This document shows positions 48,542 through 60,675 of a stretch of DNA of 64,000 nt, piece after piece. The position numbers and the translations under genes are program-made. Origin of the DNA: Paracoccaceae bacterium (GTDB lineage: Bacteria > Pseudomonadota > Alphaproteobacteria > MPNO01 > UBA830); contig JBLIMV010000017.1 in NCBI GenBank assembly GCA_047638395.1, forward strand, positions 33,431 through 97,430, read 5' to 3'. The notes under the pieces were generated by a model that had not been told where the DNA came from, made no database searches, and worked only from the letters and a program-made list of their open reading frames with translations. The stretch's first letter is position 1, and every line of letters starts with the position of its first letter.

Positions 48542-49770
48542 TAATGCTCTCCCAGCGCGCGCAGCACCGAGTCCAGGTCAGGCGCCACATCAGGTGCGCC
48601 GAGCGGCGGCACGCCGGACACGCCAAAATCCTTCAGCCCGGACGCCGTCAGAATCGCCACCACATCGTCACCCGGCATAATGACGTCGTTCTCGCTTAGC
48701 GTATCGACGGCGGCGAAGGCGGCAGCCGACGACGTTTCGACCGACAGGCCGGACCCGGTCGCCAGTTTGTTGCGCGCCCGGATCAGGTCTTCATCATCCA
48801 GCGTGATGGCGATGCCGTCAGACTGTCTGAGCGCCGCATGCGCCTGAAAAGTGCCCTGGGTGACGTCGATCGAATTGGCGATGCTTTTGCTGTTGCGCGA
48901 CACCACGGGCGGCATATCCGCCTCACCATCCATCGCCGCAGACAACGAGCCGGAGATTTCCGCCGCGACCAGGCGCGGCATTTTCTCAATCCAGCCCCAG
49001 CGCTTCATCTCGTCGAAGCCTTTCCACATGCCGTACAGGGCATCGCCGTAACACACCGGCAGAATGCACCAGTCCGGCGGGTTCCAGTCGGATTGCTCGG
49101 CAATCTCATAGGCGAGCGTCTTGTAGCCCTCGATACCGATGGGGTTGCTGCCGATGGCGGGTCCGAAAAACGGCGATGTGGGGAACCAGCCGAATTGTTC
49201 GACCGCAGCCGAGAGAACCCGCCAGCGGTCGTCCATCGCCGGAACCGTCAGCACCATGGCACCATAAGAGCGCATCTGAGAGACGATCGCGCCGGCGGCC
49301 CCTTTATAGGTCAGCACTACGCAGGGCAGACCCGCCCGCGCGGCATAGGCCGCCGCTGCCGCACCCGCATTCCCGGTGGAGCTGGTCGCAATCGCCGGCG
49401 CGCCGATTTTGTTGGCCCAGGACACCGCCACGGTCGCCAGCCGGTCCTTGAACGACCAGGTCGGATTGCGCGATTCGTCCTTTACGCGGAGAGGGCCATG
49501 ACCGAACCCGTCAACCGCGATCATCGGCGTCATACCTTCGCCGAGCGAGACGGCGTTGGCGGCCTCCAGCGGCAGAAACCGGTCATACCGCCAGAGCGAA
49601 TTGGGAGACCCCGTCAGCGAATCCCTGTCGGGGGCCGCAGCCTCCGGATAGGTAAGCGTAAGATTGCTGGAGACACCATCCGCCGCACAGGCCGCACAAA
49701 GCCGATCGAACGCGTCGAGCGGATAGACCTTGCGGCATCGCATACATTCAAGGCTGTCGGGTTGCGTCAT
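48526..49770 (-). CDS. thrC: threonine synthase (PLP-dependent, ThrC family) with N-terminal Cys4 zinc-ribbon
   Basis: The PLP-lysine motif NPTWSFKDR and glycine-rich PLP-phosphate loop are present. The N-terminal C-x2-C-x13-C-x2-C ribbon is found in a subset of threonine synthases. Confidence 0.6.
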   Translation of the reverse strand: MTQPDSLECMRCRKVYPLDAFDRLCAACAADGVSSNLTLTYPEAAAPDRDSLTGSPNSLWRYDRFLPLEAANAVSLGEGMTPMIAVDGFGHGPLRVKDESRNPTWSFKDRLATVAVSWANKIGAPAIATSSTGNAGAAAAAYAARAGLPCVVLTYKGAAGAIVSQMRSYGAMVLTVPAMDDRWRVLSAAVEQFGWFPTSPFFGPAIGSNPIGIEGYKTLAYEIAEQSDWNPPDWCILPVCYGDALYGMWKGFDEMKRWGWIEKMPRLVAAEISGSLSAAMDGEADMPPVVSRNSKSIANSIDVTQGTFQAHAALRQSDGIAITLDDEDLIRARNKLATGSGLSVETSSAAAFAAVDTLSENDVIMPGDDVVAILTASGLKDFGVSGVPPLGAPDVAPDLDSVLRALGEHYDYNV

Positions 49771-49992
49771 GGACCCTCAGGTTCACCGCGCGCGAAGAGC
49801 GGTTCTACGTTTATCCGATAATTTTAAAGCATTCGCCGGGGGCGGTCACGGGGCGTTGAGGGAAATCATCGACGAGGGTATTCGGCACCGACACCTTCAC
49901 ACGTGAAAACGTTCGTTCAATCAAGGACTTCACGTGACATACCCCCCGGACGTTGTCGGGGCAGATCATAACTGGCAAAGGTGTGGGAAATA

Positions 49993-50083
49993 CTGGCGGA
50001 GAGGGGGAGATTCGAACTCCCGAGACGCTTGCACGCCCAATAGTTTTCGAGACTACCGCATTCAACCACTCTGCCACCTCTCC
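49993..50083 (-). tRNA. tRNA-Ser (anticodon CGA), 91 nt with long variable arm and encoded CCA
   Basis: The reverse complement reads GGAGAGGTGGCAGAGTGGTTGAATGC...TCTCGAAAACTAT...GGGAGTTCGAATCTCCCCCTCTCCGCCA. Acceptor, D, anticodon (loop CTCGAAA) and T arms fold canonically. The long extra arm is typical of Ser. Confidence 0.85.
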
Positions 50084-50279
50084 GCTGGGTGTCTTAATAT
50101 CAGATTTCTCCCGCCGGACAAGTTCCTAGAAACGACGCCAGATCGAAATCCGGTTCATTCGACGCCGAATTTCGCCGCAAACCCGCCCCGCCGGAGTTCA
50201 CCTGATACAATTTGAGGCTACATCCCGGATTTCTGCGAAAATTCCCTGCGATTACCCGCCCGAAAACCGTTGACACAGA

Positions 50280-50307
50280 ACAATCTCGGCGTATATTCCC
50301 GCCTCTC
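50280..50307 (+). promoter_or_regulatory. sigma70-like promoter candidate for rplU-rpmA (TTGACA-16 nt-TATATT)
   Basis: The -35 TTGACA lies at 50280-50285 and the -10 TATATT at 50302-50307, about 120 nt upstream of rplU. Confidence 0.35.
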
Positions 50308-50428
50308 TCGAAATGAGCGCGAGGCCCTGTGCCCGGATTTGTTTGGCACGGCGTTATTTTTGCGGTCATTTTTTTGAATTATAGTTGCTCTACCGGTTCT
50401 GCCGGCGAGCCGAAAGCGGATAACAACC

Positions 50429-50902
50429 ATGTACGCAGTGGTCAAAACAGGCGGAAAGCAATACCGCGTCGCCAAGGACGATGTCCTGACGGTCGAAAAA
50501 CTCGACGGCGAAGCCGGCGCTGTTGTCGAACTTGAAGAAGTTCTGGCAATAGATGACGGCAAAGGTCTGACCATCGGCACGCCGATGATCGACGGCGCAC
50601 GCGTCGCAGCGACGGTGCTTGAGCAGAAGAAGGCCGACAAGGTCATCATCTTCAAGAAAAAGCGCCGCCAGAATTACCGCCGCACGAAAGGCCATCGCCA
50701 GCAGGTGACGGTCATTCGCATCAGCGATATTCTTGCCAAGGGCCAGAAAGCGGCGGCAGCGAAAGCAGCCCCGGCAGCCGACGCAGACGCGCCGGCGAAG
50801 AAGGCCCCTGCAAAGGCAAAGGCGAAAGCCCCCGCCAAGGCAAAAGCCAAAGCCAAGACCGCGGCGAAAAAAGCGCCCGCAAAAGACAAATCGGAAGACT
50901 GA
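50429..50902 (+). CDS. rplU: 50S ribosomal protein L21 with Ala/Lys-rich C-terminal extension
   Basis: MYAVVKTGGKQYRV is the canonical L21 N-terminus. The C-terminal ~55 residues form an AKAPAKAK low-complexity tail. Confidence 0.9.
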   Translation: MYAVVKTGGKQYRVAKDDVLTVEKLDGEAGAVVELEEVLAIDDGKGLTIGTPMIDGARVAATVLEQKKADKVIIFKKKRRQNYRRTKGHRQQVTVIRISDILAKGQKAAAAKAAPAADADAPAKKAPAKAKAKAPAKAKAKAKTAAKKAPAKDKSED

Positions 50903-50940
50903 GTATTACCGGACGGTTCACGTCCACAGGAGATTGAACG

Positions 50941-51198
50941 ATGGCCCATAAAAAAGCTGGTGGTAGTTCCCGTAACGGTCGCGATTCCGAAGGCCGGCGT
51001 CTCGGCGTGAAGAAATTCGGCGGCGAACAGGTAATCCCGGGGAATATCATCCTTCGTCAGCGCGGCACGAAATGGCATCCCGGCACCAATGTCGGCATCG
51101 GCAAGGACCACACGATTTTTGCGACGAGCGAAGGCCATGTAGCTTTCACGCGCAAAGCCGGCGGACGGGTCTTCGTGTCGGTTAACCCGGCGGCCTGA
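50941..51198 (+). CDS. rpmA: 50S ribosomal protein L27
   Basis: [28 protein letters not shown] is the canonical L27 sequence. Confidence 0.95.
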   Translation: MAHKKAGGSSRNGRDSEGRRLGVKKFGGEQVIPGNIILRQRGTKWHPGTNVGIGKDHTIFATSEGHVAFTRKAGGRVFVSVNPAA

Positions 51199-51215
51199 AC
51201 AGGCCCGATAGTATG

Positions 51216-51241
51216 CCGGTCCGCCCTTTGAGACGGACCGG
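51216..51241 (+). terminator. GC-rich hairpin CCGGTCCG-N10-CGGACCGG between rpmA and obgE (possible attenuator/terminator)
   Basis: An 8-bp perfect inverted repeat was read from the sequence. No immediate U-tract follows, so it may be a partial terminator or a processing site. Confidence 0.3.
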
Positions 51242-51295
51242 AAACATGCCAGATTTCGACATCTTTTAGGCCTCGTTCTGCCGGACGGGGCTTAA

Positions 51296-53525
<2,230 letters not shown>

Positions 53526-53529
<4 letters not shown>

Positions 53530-54836
53530 ACGTCGCGACGGCAATCGCCAACGGCCAGACTGACGCCGACACAAACGGTCAAGATATAGCCGGTCAAATG
53601 GATCAGCTCGGCCGCAGCGCGCGCGCCGCGGTGCAGATCCTTGCTCAGGCATCATCCGATACGAAAAACACGGCACTACGGGCGGCAGCTGCAAGCCTGC
53701 GTGCCCGAACGGCCGAGCTGCTAGCCGCCAATGCCCGCGACATGTCGGCGGCCGAAGAACGCAAGATCGCGCCCTCGCTGCTCGACCGCCTCAAACTGGA
53801 CGAAGCCCGTGTCGATGCGATGGCCGCAGGTTTGGAACAGATTGCCGACCTGCCCGACCCGGTTGGCGAAGTGCTGGCCGCCTGGGACCGACCGAACGGA
53901 CTGAACATTTCCCGTGTGCGTGTCCCGCTCGGCGTGATTGGCATCATTTATGAATCACGGCCCAACGTGACCGCAGATGCGGGCGGGCTGTGCCTGAAAT
54001 CCGGCAATGCCGCTATTCTGCGCGGCGGCTCAGAGAGCTTTCATTCGTCGGGCGCTATTCTTGAATGTCTGCAGGCCGGGCTTGCCGAAGCAGGTCTTCC
54101 CGAAGGCTCCATCCAGCTTGTGCCGACGACGGACCGTGCCGCCGTCGGCGAAATGCTGACAATGACCGACTATATCGACATCATTGTGCCGCGTGGCGGC
54201 AAGTCACTGATCGAACGCGTGCAACAGGAAAGCAAAATTCCCGTCATCGCCCATCTTGAGGGGCTGTGCCACACCTATATCGATGGCGCCTCCGACCCCG
54301 TGATGGCGCGCGATATCGTGGTCAACGCCAAGATGCGCCGCCCCGGTATCTGCGGCGCGACAGAGACCCTGCTGGTTGACCAGTCGGTCGCCGCACAGAC
54401 ATTGCCCGATATCATCGAGGCACTCACCGCGGCGGGCTGCGAGTTGCGGGGCGACGATGCTACCCGCGCACTGGATGACCGCGTCAAACCGGCAACCGAA
54501 GCCGATTGGCGGACCGAATATCTGGAGCCCATTCTCGCAATCCGACAGGTTGATGGACTTGATGGCGCGATCGCGCATATCGGCACCTATAGCTCCCATC
54601 ACACTGAATCGATCATCACCGACGATGCAGCCCGGGCCGAGAAATTTCTGAATGCCGTCGATTCCGCCATCGTGATGCATAATGCATCGACCCAGTTTGC
54701 CGATGGCGGCGAGTTCGGCATGGGCGCCGAGATCGGTATTTCGACCGGGCGGCTCCATGCACGTGGACCGGTCGGTGTGGAACAGCTGACAACCTTCAAA
54801 TACATCGTCCGCGGCGCGGGGCAGGTCCGGCCCTGA
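53526..54836 (+). CDS. proA: glutamate-5-semialdehyde dehydrogenase (gamma-glutamyl phosphate reductase)
   Basis: The ALDH-like fold has catalytic Cys in the ...TETLLVD.. region. The start overlaps the proB stop. Confidence 0.9.
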
Positions 54837-54883
54837 AAACACTCGCCAATATCCGCCGGGGTCATTCCGTAACGGGGCTCCGG

Positions 54884-55498
54884 GTGGGAATTTTGGGCGG
54901 TTCGTTCAATCCCGCACATGAAGGCCACCTTCACATCAGCCTGCTCGCGCTGAAACTGCTGAAGCTGGACGAAGTATGGTGGATGGTCTCCCCCCAGAAC
55001 CCGCTGAAGTCGTCAGACGGCATGGCACCGTTCGAGGATCGCCTCGCCGAAGCGCGCGCACTGGTGCGCCATCCCAATATCCGTATCACGGATATCGAGA
55101 CACGGCTCGGCACAACCAATACGGCGGAATCCCTCGCCGTTCTGAAGCACGGGTTTCCGAAGACCCGTTTCGTCTGGCTGATGGGCGCGGACAATCTGAA
55201 ACAGATTTCGCGCTGGTATCAATGGACGAGAATCTTTAATCAAGTTCCCATTGCGGTTTTTGACCGTGCTCCTTATTCTTTTGGAGCGCTCGCTGGCAAG
55301 GCAGCAAAAGCGTTTTTCCGGTTTAAGAAAAAACCGACAGACGCCTGCAACCTTGCAGATATGCCGGCGCCGGCCTGGATGTTTTTCCATACAAGGCTTC
55401 ATCCCGGATCGGCAACGAACATTAGAGCGCACCGTGAGTCGTCGCCTGGCCCTGATGGGCAGACAGGTGCCGAGGAACGGCAAAAGGTGAATAAGTGA
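54884..55498 (+). CDS. nadD: nicotinate-nucleotide adenylyltransferase
   Basis: GILGGSFNPAHEGH carries the (H/T)xGH nucleotidyltransferase motif. The start is a GTG and its N-terminal boundary is uncertain. Confidence 0.8.
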   Translation: MGILGGSFNPAHEGHLHISLLALKLLKLDEVWWMVSPQNPLKSSDGMAPFEDRLAEARALVRHPNIRITDIETRLGTTNTAESLAVLKHGFPKTRFVWLMGADNLKQISRWYQWTRIFNQVPIAVFDRAPYSFGALAGKAAKAFFRFKKKPTDACNLADMPAPAWMFFHTRLHPGSATNIRAHRESSPGPDGQTGAEERQKVNK

Positions 55499-55926
55499 GT
55501 GTAAAACAGGAAGCACACACACTGACAAAACGATCAAAAGACAGCACCAAAGACGCCAGACCGGCAGACGGGCTGCTCGCCGACATCGTGGAATCGCTGG
55601 AAGATCACAAGGCGACCGATATCGTCGTCATCGATCTTAAAGGCAAATCCGACATAGCCGACTACATGGTCATTGCGACCGGTCAGTCTGGCCGCCAGGT
55701 ATCGACCATGGCCGACAGGTTGTCCCTGGTCGTCAAGGATCATGGCGTCGTCGGCGCGGTTCCAGAGGGCCGCGGGCAGGCAGATTGGGTTCTGCTCGAC
55801 GCGGTCGACGTGATTGTGCATCTGTTCCGCCCGGAAGTGCGGGAGTTCTACAATCTGGAAAAAATGTGGAATGCAGACCTGCCCGACACGCCGGAATCAG
55901 ATGCCCCGAAACCGGCGACTGTCTGA
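55495..55926 (+). CDS. rsfS: ribosome silencing factor RsfS (Iojap)
   Basis: The conserved DIVVIDLKGKSDIADYMVIATGQS..Q Iojap core is present. Confidence 0.85.
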   Translation: MSVKQEAHTLTKRSKDSTKDARPADGLLADIVESLEDHKATDIVVIDLKGKSDIADYMVIATGQSGRQVSTMADRLSLVVKDHGVVGAVPEGRGQADWVLLDAVDVIVHLFRPEVREFYNLEKMWNADLPDTPESDAPKPATV

Positions 55927-55938
55927 CGCGATTTTCCC

Positions 55939-56394
55939 GTGCGGCTGACTATTTGCACCGTTGGGCGGCTAAAAGCCGGCCCTGAGCGCGATCTGATCGA
56001 CAAATACAAAAGACGCGTACAATGGCCGCTTGAGATCGTAGAGGTCGAAGAACGGCGCAAACTCTCTGCCGCAGAGCTTAAATCACGCGAAAGCGATCTG
56101 CTGACCGCCGCGCTTCCTGCTGGCGCTGTGCGCATAGCCATGGACGAGCGTGGCAAAACGCTCAGCAGCCAGGGTTTTGCCGGAAAACTCGGCGCATGGC
56201 GCGATCAGGGCCGTGATATCGCCTTCCTGATCGGCGGTGCCGGCGGTCTGGCACCCGAACACCGCCAGGGCGCCGATCTGGTGCTGTCATTTGGCGCAGC
56301 GACATGGCCCCATATGCTGGCCCGCGTCATGCTGGTCGAGCAGATCTACCGGGCGCAGGAGATCCTCGCAGGACATCCCTATCACCGAGATTGA
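55939..56394 (+). CDS. rlmH: 23S rRNA (pseudouridine1915-N3)-methyltransferase RlmH
   Basis: The SPOUT fold (MRLTICTVGRLK...) is present. Length is 151 aa. Confidence 0.85.
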   Translation: MRLTICTVGRLKAGPERDLIDKYKRRVQWPLEIVEVEERRKLSAAELKSRESDLLTAALPAGAVRIAMDERGKTLSSQGFAGKLGAWRDQGRDIAFLIGGAGGLAPEHRQGADLVLSFGAATWPHMLARVMLVEQIYRAQEILAGHPYHRD

Positions 56395-56489
56395 AACGCC
56401 GGAATGAATTCTGGTCCGGAACCCACGCCGAAGTACCATTTGTCAATTATTCGCCTATATAATGGGTGCACATCATTCAGGGACCCGAG

Positions 56490-58094
56490 ATGAGTAGCGA
56501 TCGAGCATCAGTGCCGCACGCGGATTTGCCAAAACCGGTCGTCTTGTGCGTACTGGATGGCTGGGGCCATCGTGACGACGAAACCGAAAACGCGATCACC
56601 CCCGCCAATACACCCAATTTCCAGCGTCTGTGGGCAGCAAGCCCGCATACGTTTATCGAAACCAGTGGTATCGATGTCGGCCTGCCGCAGGGACAGATGG
56701 GGAATTCCGAGGTCGGGCACATGAATCTGGGCGCCGGACGGATCGTTAATCAGGACATCCGCCGCATCGATGCGGCCGTTGAAGACGGCTCCCTGGCGAC
56801 AAATACGGCGCTGACAGGTTATATCGATGCGCTGAAGGCATCGGGCGGAACCTGCCACCTTCTGGGTCTGCTTTCCCCCGGCGGCGTTCACTCGCATCAG
56901 GATCACGTCGTAAAACTGGTGGATATCATAGCGAATGAAGGTATTCCGGTTTCCATACATATGTTTCTCGATGGACGGGATACCCCGCCGGAAAGCGCCG
57001 CCGGATTCGTCTCCGAGTTCGCCCGGCAGATCGAAACTATTGCGGGCGTTTCGCTGGCCACCATGTGCGGCCGGTTTTTTGCCATGGACCGGGACCAGCG
57101 CTGGGACCGGGTCGAAAAGGCCTATAACCTGATCATCTCGGCGACCGGAACCCCGACAGATGATGCAGTGGCCGCCATCCGGAAAAGCTACGCGGCCGGG
57201 ATTACCGATGAATTCATGGAGCCGACGGCGCTGAACGGATATGCGGGCGTGCAGGATGGCGACGGCGTATTGATGAGCAATTTCCGATCCGATCGGGCGC
57301 GTGAAATTCTACAGGCCCTGCTGGATCCCGATTTCGACGGTTTTGCCCGGACCCGCGTCGCAGCTTTCAAGGCCGCCCTGGGTGTGACCGAATATTCAGC
57401 CGCCCATAACGCGTATATGGAGACCATGTTCCCGGCGGTATCGCTGGACAACATCCTCGCCGGGCTTGTGGCAGATGCAGGCAAAAAGCAGCTGCGGATT
57501 GCCGAAACCGAGAAATACGCCCATGTGACGTTCTTCTTCAATGGCGGCGAGGAAACACCGTTTCCGGGAGAAGACCGGGTATTGATTCCCTCGCCCAGGG
57601 TCGCGACCTATGATCTGCAGCCCGAAATGTCCGCACACGAGGTTACTGACCGGCTGATCGAGGTCATCGAGGCCGGAACCTACGATTTCATCCTGGTAAA
57701 CTACGCCAACCCCGACATGGTCGGTCACACCGGCATTCTCGAAGCCGCACAGATTGCGATCCGTACAGTGGATGATTGCATCGCACTCCTTGCAACGGCT
57801 GTCGAAGCCGCTGGGGGCGCGCTGTTGATCACCGCCGATCATGGAAATGCGGAGACCATGCGGGATGCTGAAACCGGTGCCCCCCATACGGCCCACACGC
57901 TCAACGTGGTCCCGGCTGTTCTGGTCAACGCGCCGAACGACGTGCATGAGCTGCGCAATGGGCGGCTCGCCGATATTGCGCCCACACTGCTCCACCTGAT
58001 GCAGATCGATCAACCGGCAGAGATGACCGGCGTATCGCTTATTAAAACCACAGACACAGCCGCAACGTTATCGGAAGAACGTGTTTCAGCCTGA
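56490..58094 (+). CDS. gpmI: 2,3-bisphosphoglycerate-independent phosphoglycerate mutase
   Basis: The motifs VLCVLDGWG and MGNSEVGHMNLGAGR match the iPGM catalytic core. The start was chosen at ATG 56490. Confidence 0.9.
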   Translation: MSSDRASVPHADLPKPVVLCVLDGWGHRDDETENAITPANTPNFQRLWAASPHTFIETSGIDVGLPQGQMGNSEVGHMNLGAGRIVNQDIRRIDAAVEDGSLATNTALTGYIDALKASGGTCHLLGLLSPGGVHSHQDHVVKLVDIIANEGIPVSIHMFLDGRDTPPESAAGFVSEFARQIETIAGVSLATMCGRFFAMDRDQRWDRVEKAYNLIISATGTPTDDAVAAIRKSYAAGITDEFMEPTALNGYAGVQDGDGVLMSNFRSDRAREILQALLDPDFDGFARTRVAAFKAALGVTEYSAAHNAYMETMFPAVSLDNILAGLVADAGKKQLRIAETEKYAHVTFFFNGGEETPFPGEDRVLIPSPRVATYDLQPEMSAHEVTDRLIEVIEAGTYDFILVNYANPDMVGHTGILEAAQIAIRTVDDCIALLATAVEAAGGALLITADHGNAETMRDAETGAPHTAHTLNVVPAVLVNAPNDVHELRNGRLADIAPTLLHLMQIDQPAEMTGVSLIKTTDTAATLSEERVSA

Positions 58095-59307
58095 TCGCCT
58101 AGGCGCACTCCTGGTTCTGGGCGTCTGCCTTGCCGCCACCACTGCGATCTTAGGGCCTGCGGTTGCGGGCGAGCTTGAAAACAAGCTCGAAGCAATTCAA
58201 CAGGATATCGACAAAAGCCGGGAGAAACGTGCCAACCTCGACAAGGCCGCGCGGAAAGCAGCCGCGGAGCTCCAGACGATCAAGCGCCGCGGCGTCAACC
58301 TCGCGGGGAAAATGCACCGCCATTCAACCGATGCCGACCGCATCGAGGCCCAGCTGATCGCCCTGGAAAAGCAGGAACGCACGAAGTCAGAAAAGATGCA
58401 GCAGCGGAAAACACAACTCTCCGCGACCCTGGCAGCCCTGCAGCGCATCGCCCGTATGCCAACGGCAACGCTGGTCGCCATACCGCAATCGACCGATAAG
58501 ACAATTCGCACAGCCATCCTGCTCCGCGCGGCGGTACCGAAACTGCAGCGAGATGCCATCACCCTGGGTGACGACCTTCGCACCCTGACGTCGCTGCGCG
58601 ACAGGATTCGCGCAGACAAAACGGCCCTGTCCGACTCGTTAGCGCGCCTCAAATCCGAGCGAAAATCGCTTGCTGGCCTGACCGCCGACAAGATGAGCCT
58701 TTTGAAAACGATGAAAACGGCCGAACGTACGGCGGCGCAGCAGACGGCCCGTTTGTCAGCCCGGGCGGGCAGCATGCGCGAGCTGCTCGAGAAACTATCT
58801 AATCGGCAACAGCGCCCGGCCCTGCGCGGGCCCGATTTCGAGCCATCACCCAGTGTTCGGGCCCCGGTGCGGAAAAAAGCCGCCATCGCGCCCCCGCGCG
58901 CGTCGGTCACAATATCGCGAGGCGCGCTCCCGGCGCCCGGCCGCGTCGTAACCTCTTTTGGACAAAAGATGCCGAATGGCACGTTAAGCAAAGGCGTCTT
59001 CGTCATTACAAGGCCCGCAGCGGCCGTTGTCGCCCCGGTACCGGGGCGAATCGTCTTCGCAGGAGAGTTCCGTGGATACGGAAACCTTGTCATACTGGAG
59101 CTGCGCGACAGGGGGCACGCGTTGATTTCGGGTATGTCCAGGATCGATGCACAGGTCGGGGATGAAGTATTGGTAGGAGAACCACTCGGCGAGATGACCC
59201 CCTCGACGAGCGCCACGCCAAAACTGTATTTTGAGCTCAGAAGAAGGGGTCAACCGATTAACCCGTTGCCGTCAGATGCGGCACGCAGGAATAAGGTAAG
59301 CGGATAA
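58081..59307 (+). CDS. murein hydrolase activator EnvC-like protein (coiled coil + degenerate peptidase M23/LytM domain)
   Basis: A signal/transmembrane N-terminus is followed by a long coiled-coil region. The C-terminal LytM-like domain lacks the HxxxD and HxH zinc ligands. Confidence 0.7.
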   Translation: MFQPDRLGALLVLGVCLAATTAILGPAVAGELENKLEAIQQDIDKSREKRANLDKAARKAAAELQTIKRRGVNLAGKMHRHSTDADRIEAQLIALEKQERTKSEKMQQRKTQLSATLAALQRIARMPTATLVAIPQSTDKTIRTAILLRAAVPKLQRDAITLGDDLRTLTSLRDRIRADKTALSDSLARLKSERKSLAGLTADKMSLLKTMKTAERTAAQQTARLSARAGSMRELLEKLSNRQQRPALRGPDFEPSPSVRAPVRKKAAIAPPRASVTISRGALPAPGRVVTSFGQKMPNGTLSKGVFVITRPAAAVVAPVPGRIVFAGEFRGYGNLVILELRDRGHALISGMSRIDAQVGDEVLVGEPLGEMTPSTSATPKLYFELRRRGQPINPLPSDAARRNKVSG

Positions 59308-60596
59308 TGATGAAACGAATACTGGCGGCTGGCGCGATCGTTGGGGGTATTGCCCTCTCACTCCCCGCCGTGGCCCAGAACAACAACTCGGAAACATACC
59401 GGCAGCTGAACCTGTTCGGCGATGTGTTTGAGCGGGTGCGGGCGGATTACGTCGAAGACGTCTCCGACGAGGCACTCATCGAAGCGGCCATTAACGGCAT
59501 GCTGACATCTCTTGATCCGCATTCGAGCTATCTCAGCCCCAAGAATTTCCGCGATATGCAGGTACAGACCCGCGGTGAGTTCGGCGGGCTCGGCATCGAA
59601 GTCACCATGGAGAACGGCTACGTAAAGGTCGTCTCTCCAATTGATGACACGCCGGCCTTTCGCGCTGGCCTGAAGCCGAACGATCTCATCACCCATCTCG
59701 ATGGTGAACAGGTGCAGGGTCTGACCCTGTCCCAAGCGGTCGAGAAAATGCGCGGCAAGGTCGGCAGTGATCTCAAGCTGACTGTGAGACGCGAAGGTCG
59801 CGAAGCCTTTGATGTAAGTGTTACCCGTGCGGTGATTAAAATCCGCTCGGTCCGGTCCCGGATGGAAGGCGAGGACATCGGATATGTCCGGATTACGTCG
59901 TTCAGCGAACAGACCGCGACGGGCGTCCAGCGCGCAATCAAGCGATTCCGCGAAACTGCCAAGGACAAGCTCAAGGGGCTTGTGCTCGATCTTCGCAATA
60001 ACCCGGGCGGCCTGCTGGACCAGTCCGTCAAGGTGTCGGACGCGTTCCTTAACCAGGGCGAAATCGTCTCCACCCGATCACGCCGGGCCGACGAGGGGCA
60101 ACGCTTCAACGCCAAACCTGGCGACGCGGCAGAAGGCCTGCCGATCGTTGTGCTGATGAATGGGGGTTCTGCCTCTGCGTCGGAGATCGTCGCGGGCGCT
60201 CTGCAGGATCATCGCCGCGGTATCATTATGGGAACACGGTCATTCGGCAAGGGGTCGGTTCAGACGATCGTTCCCCTGTCGGGCCACGGTGCTATCCGCC
60301 TGACGACAGCACGGTACTACACGCCGTCGGGCCGATCGATCCAGGCAAAGGGCATCGATCCCGACATCATTGTCGAGCAGGCAACAGTTCAGAAAGTAAC
60401 CCAGCCGCGCCGGACACGTGAAGACGATCTGCGTGGCCGGTTGGACAATCCGAACGGCGATGCGGCACCAGAGGCGCCCGAGAAACCCGAGGACTCGAGC
60501 GAGGTTGCGCCCGAGAAACCTCAGGATTACCAGCTCTCGCGGGCGCTGGACCTGCTGCGGGGAATCGCCCTGTATGGCGCCCGCGCCGCCAACTGA
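59307..60596 (+). CDS. ctpA: carboxy-terminal processing protease (S41 family) with PDZ domain
   Basis: A signal peptide, a PDZ domain and the S41 catalytic Ser/Lys region (GSASASEIVAGAL...FGKGSVQT) are present. Confidence 0.85.
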   Translation: MMKRILAAGAIVGGIALSLPAVAQNNNSETYRQLNLFGDVFERVRADYVEDVSDEALIEAAINGMLTSLDPHSSYLSPKNFRDMQVQTRGEFGGLGIEVTMENGYVKVVSPIDDTPAFRAGLKPNDLITHLDGEQVQGLTLSQAVEKMRGKVGSDLKLTVRREGREAFDVSVTRAVIKIRSVRSRMEGEDIGYVRITSFSEQTATGVQRAIKRFRETAKDKLKGLVLDLRNNPGGLLDQSVKVSDAFLNQGEIVSTRSRRADEGQRFNAKPGDAAEGLPIVVLMNGGSASASEIVAGALQDHRRGIIMGTRSFGKGSVQTIVPLSGHGAIRLTTARYYTPSGRSIQAKGIDPDIIVEQATVQKVTQPRRTREDDLRGRLDNPNGDAAPEAPEKPEDSSEVAPEKPQDYQLSRALDLLRGIALYGARAAN

Positions 60597-60675
60597 GACG
60601 ACGCTAACCGAGACCGGGAGACAATTCCGGAATCCCGCCCGTGATTTTCACGGGCGGGTCTGAACGGGGACAAAA

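Noticed and set aside
49811-50077. An 88-aa minus-strand ORF (MAEWLNAVVSKTIGRASVSGVRISPSPP...).
   Set aside because: It is simply the translation of the tRNA-Ser gene and its flank. A tRNA explains the region completely.
49993-50083. tRNA-Ser as an integration hotspot for a genomic island.
   Set aside because: Both sides of the tRNA carry conserved housekeeping genes, a threonine synthase on one side and rplU-rpmA-obgE on the other. No integrase, no direct repeat of the tRNA 3' end and no compositional shift are adjacent. The low-GC islet lies 2.5 kb away, separated by native-composition genes.
58197-59216. A 339-aa minus-strand ORF.
   Set aside because: It is antisense to the EnvC-like gene, which sits in conserved gpmI-envC-ctpA synteny. 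Its composition is Ser/Arg/Ala-rich and it has no motifs.
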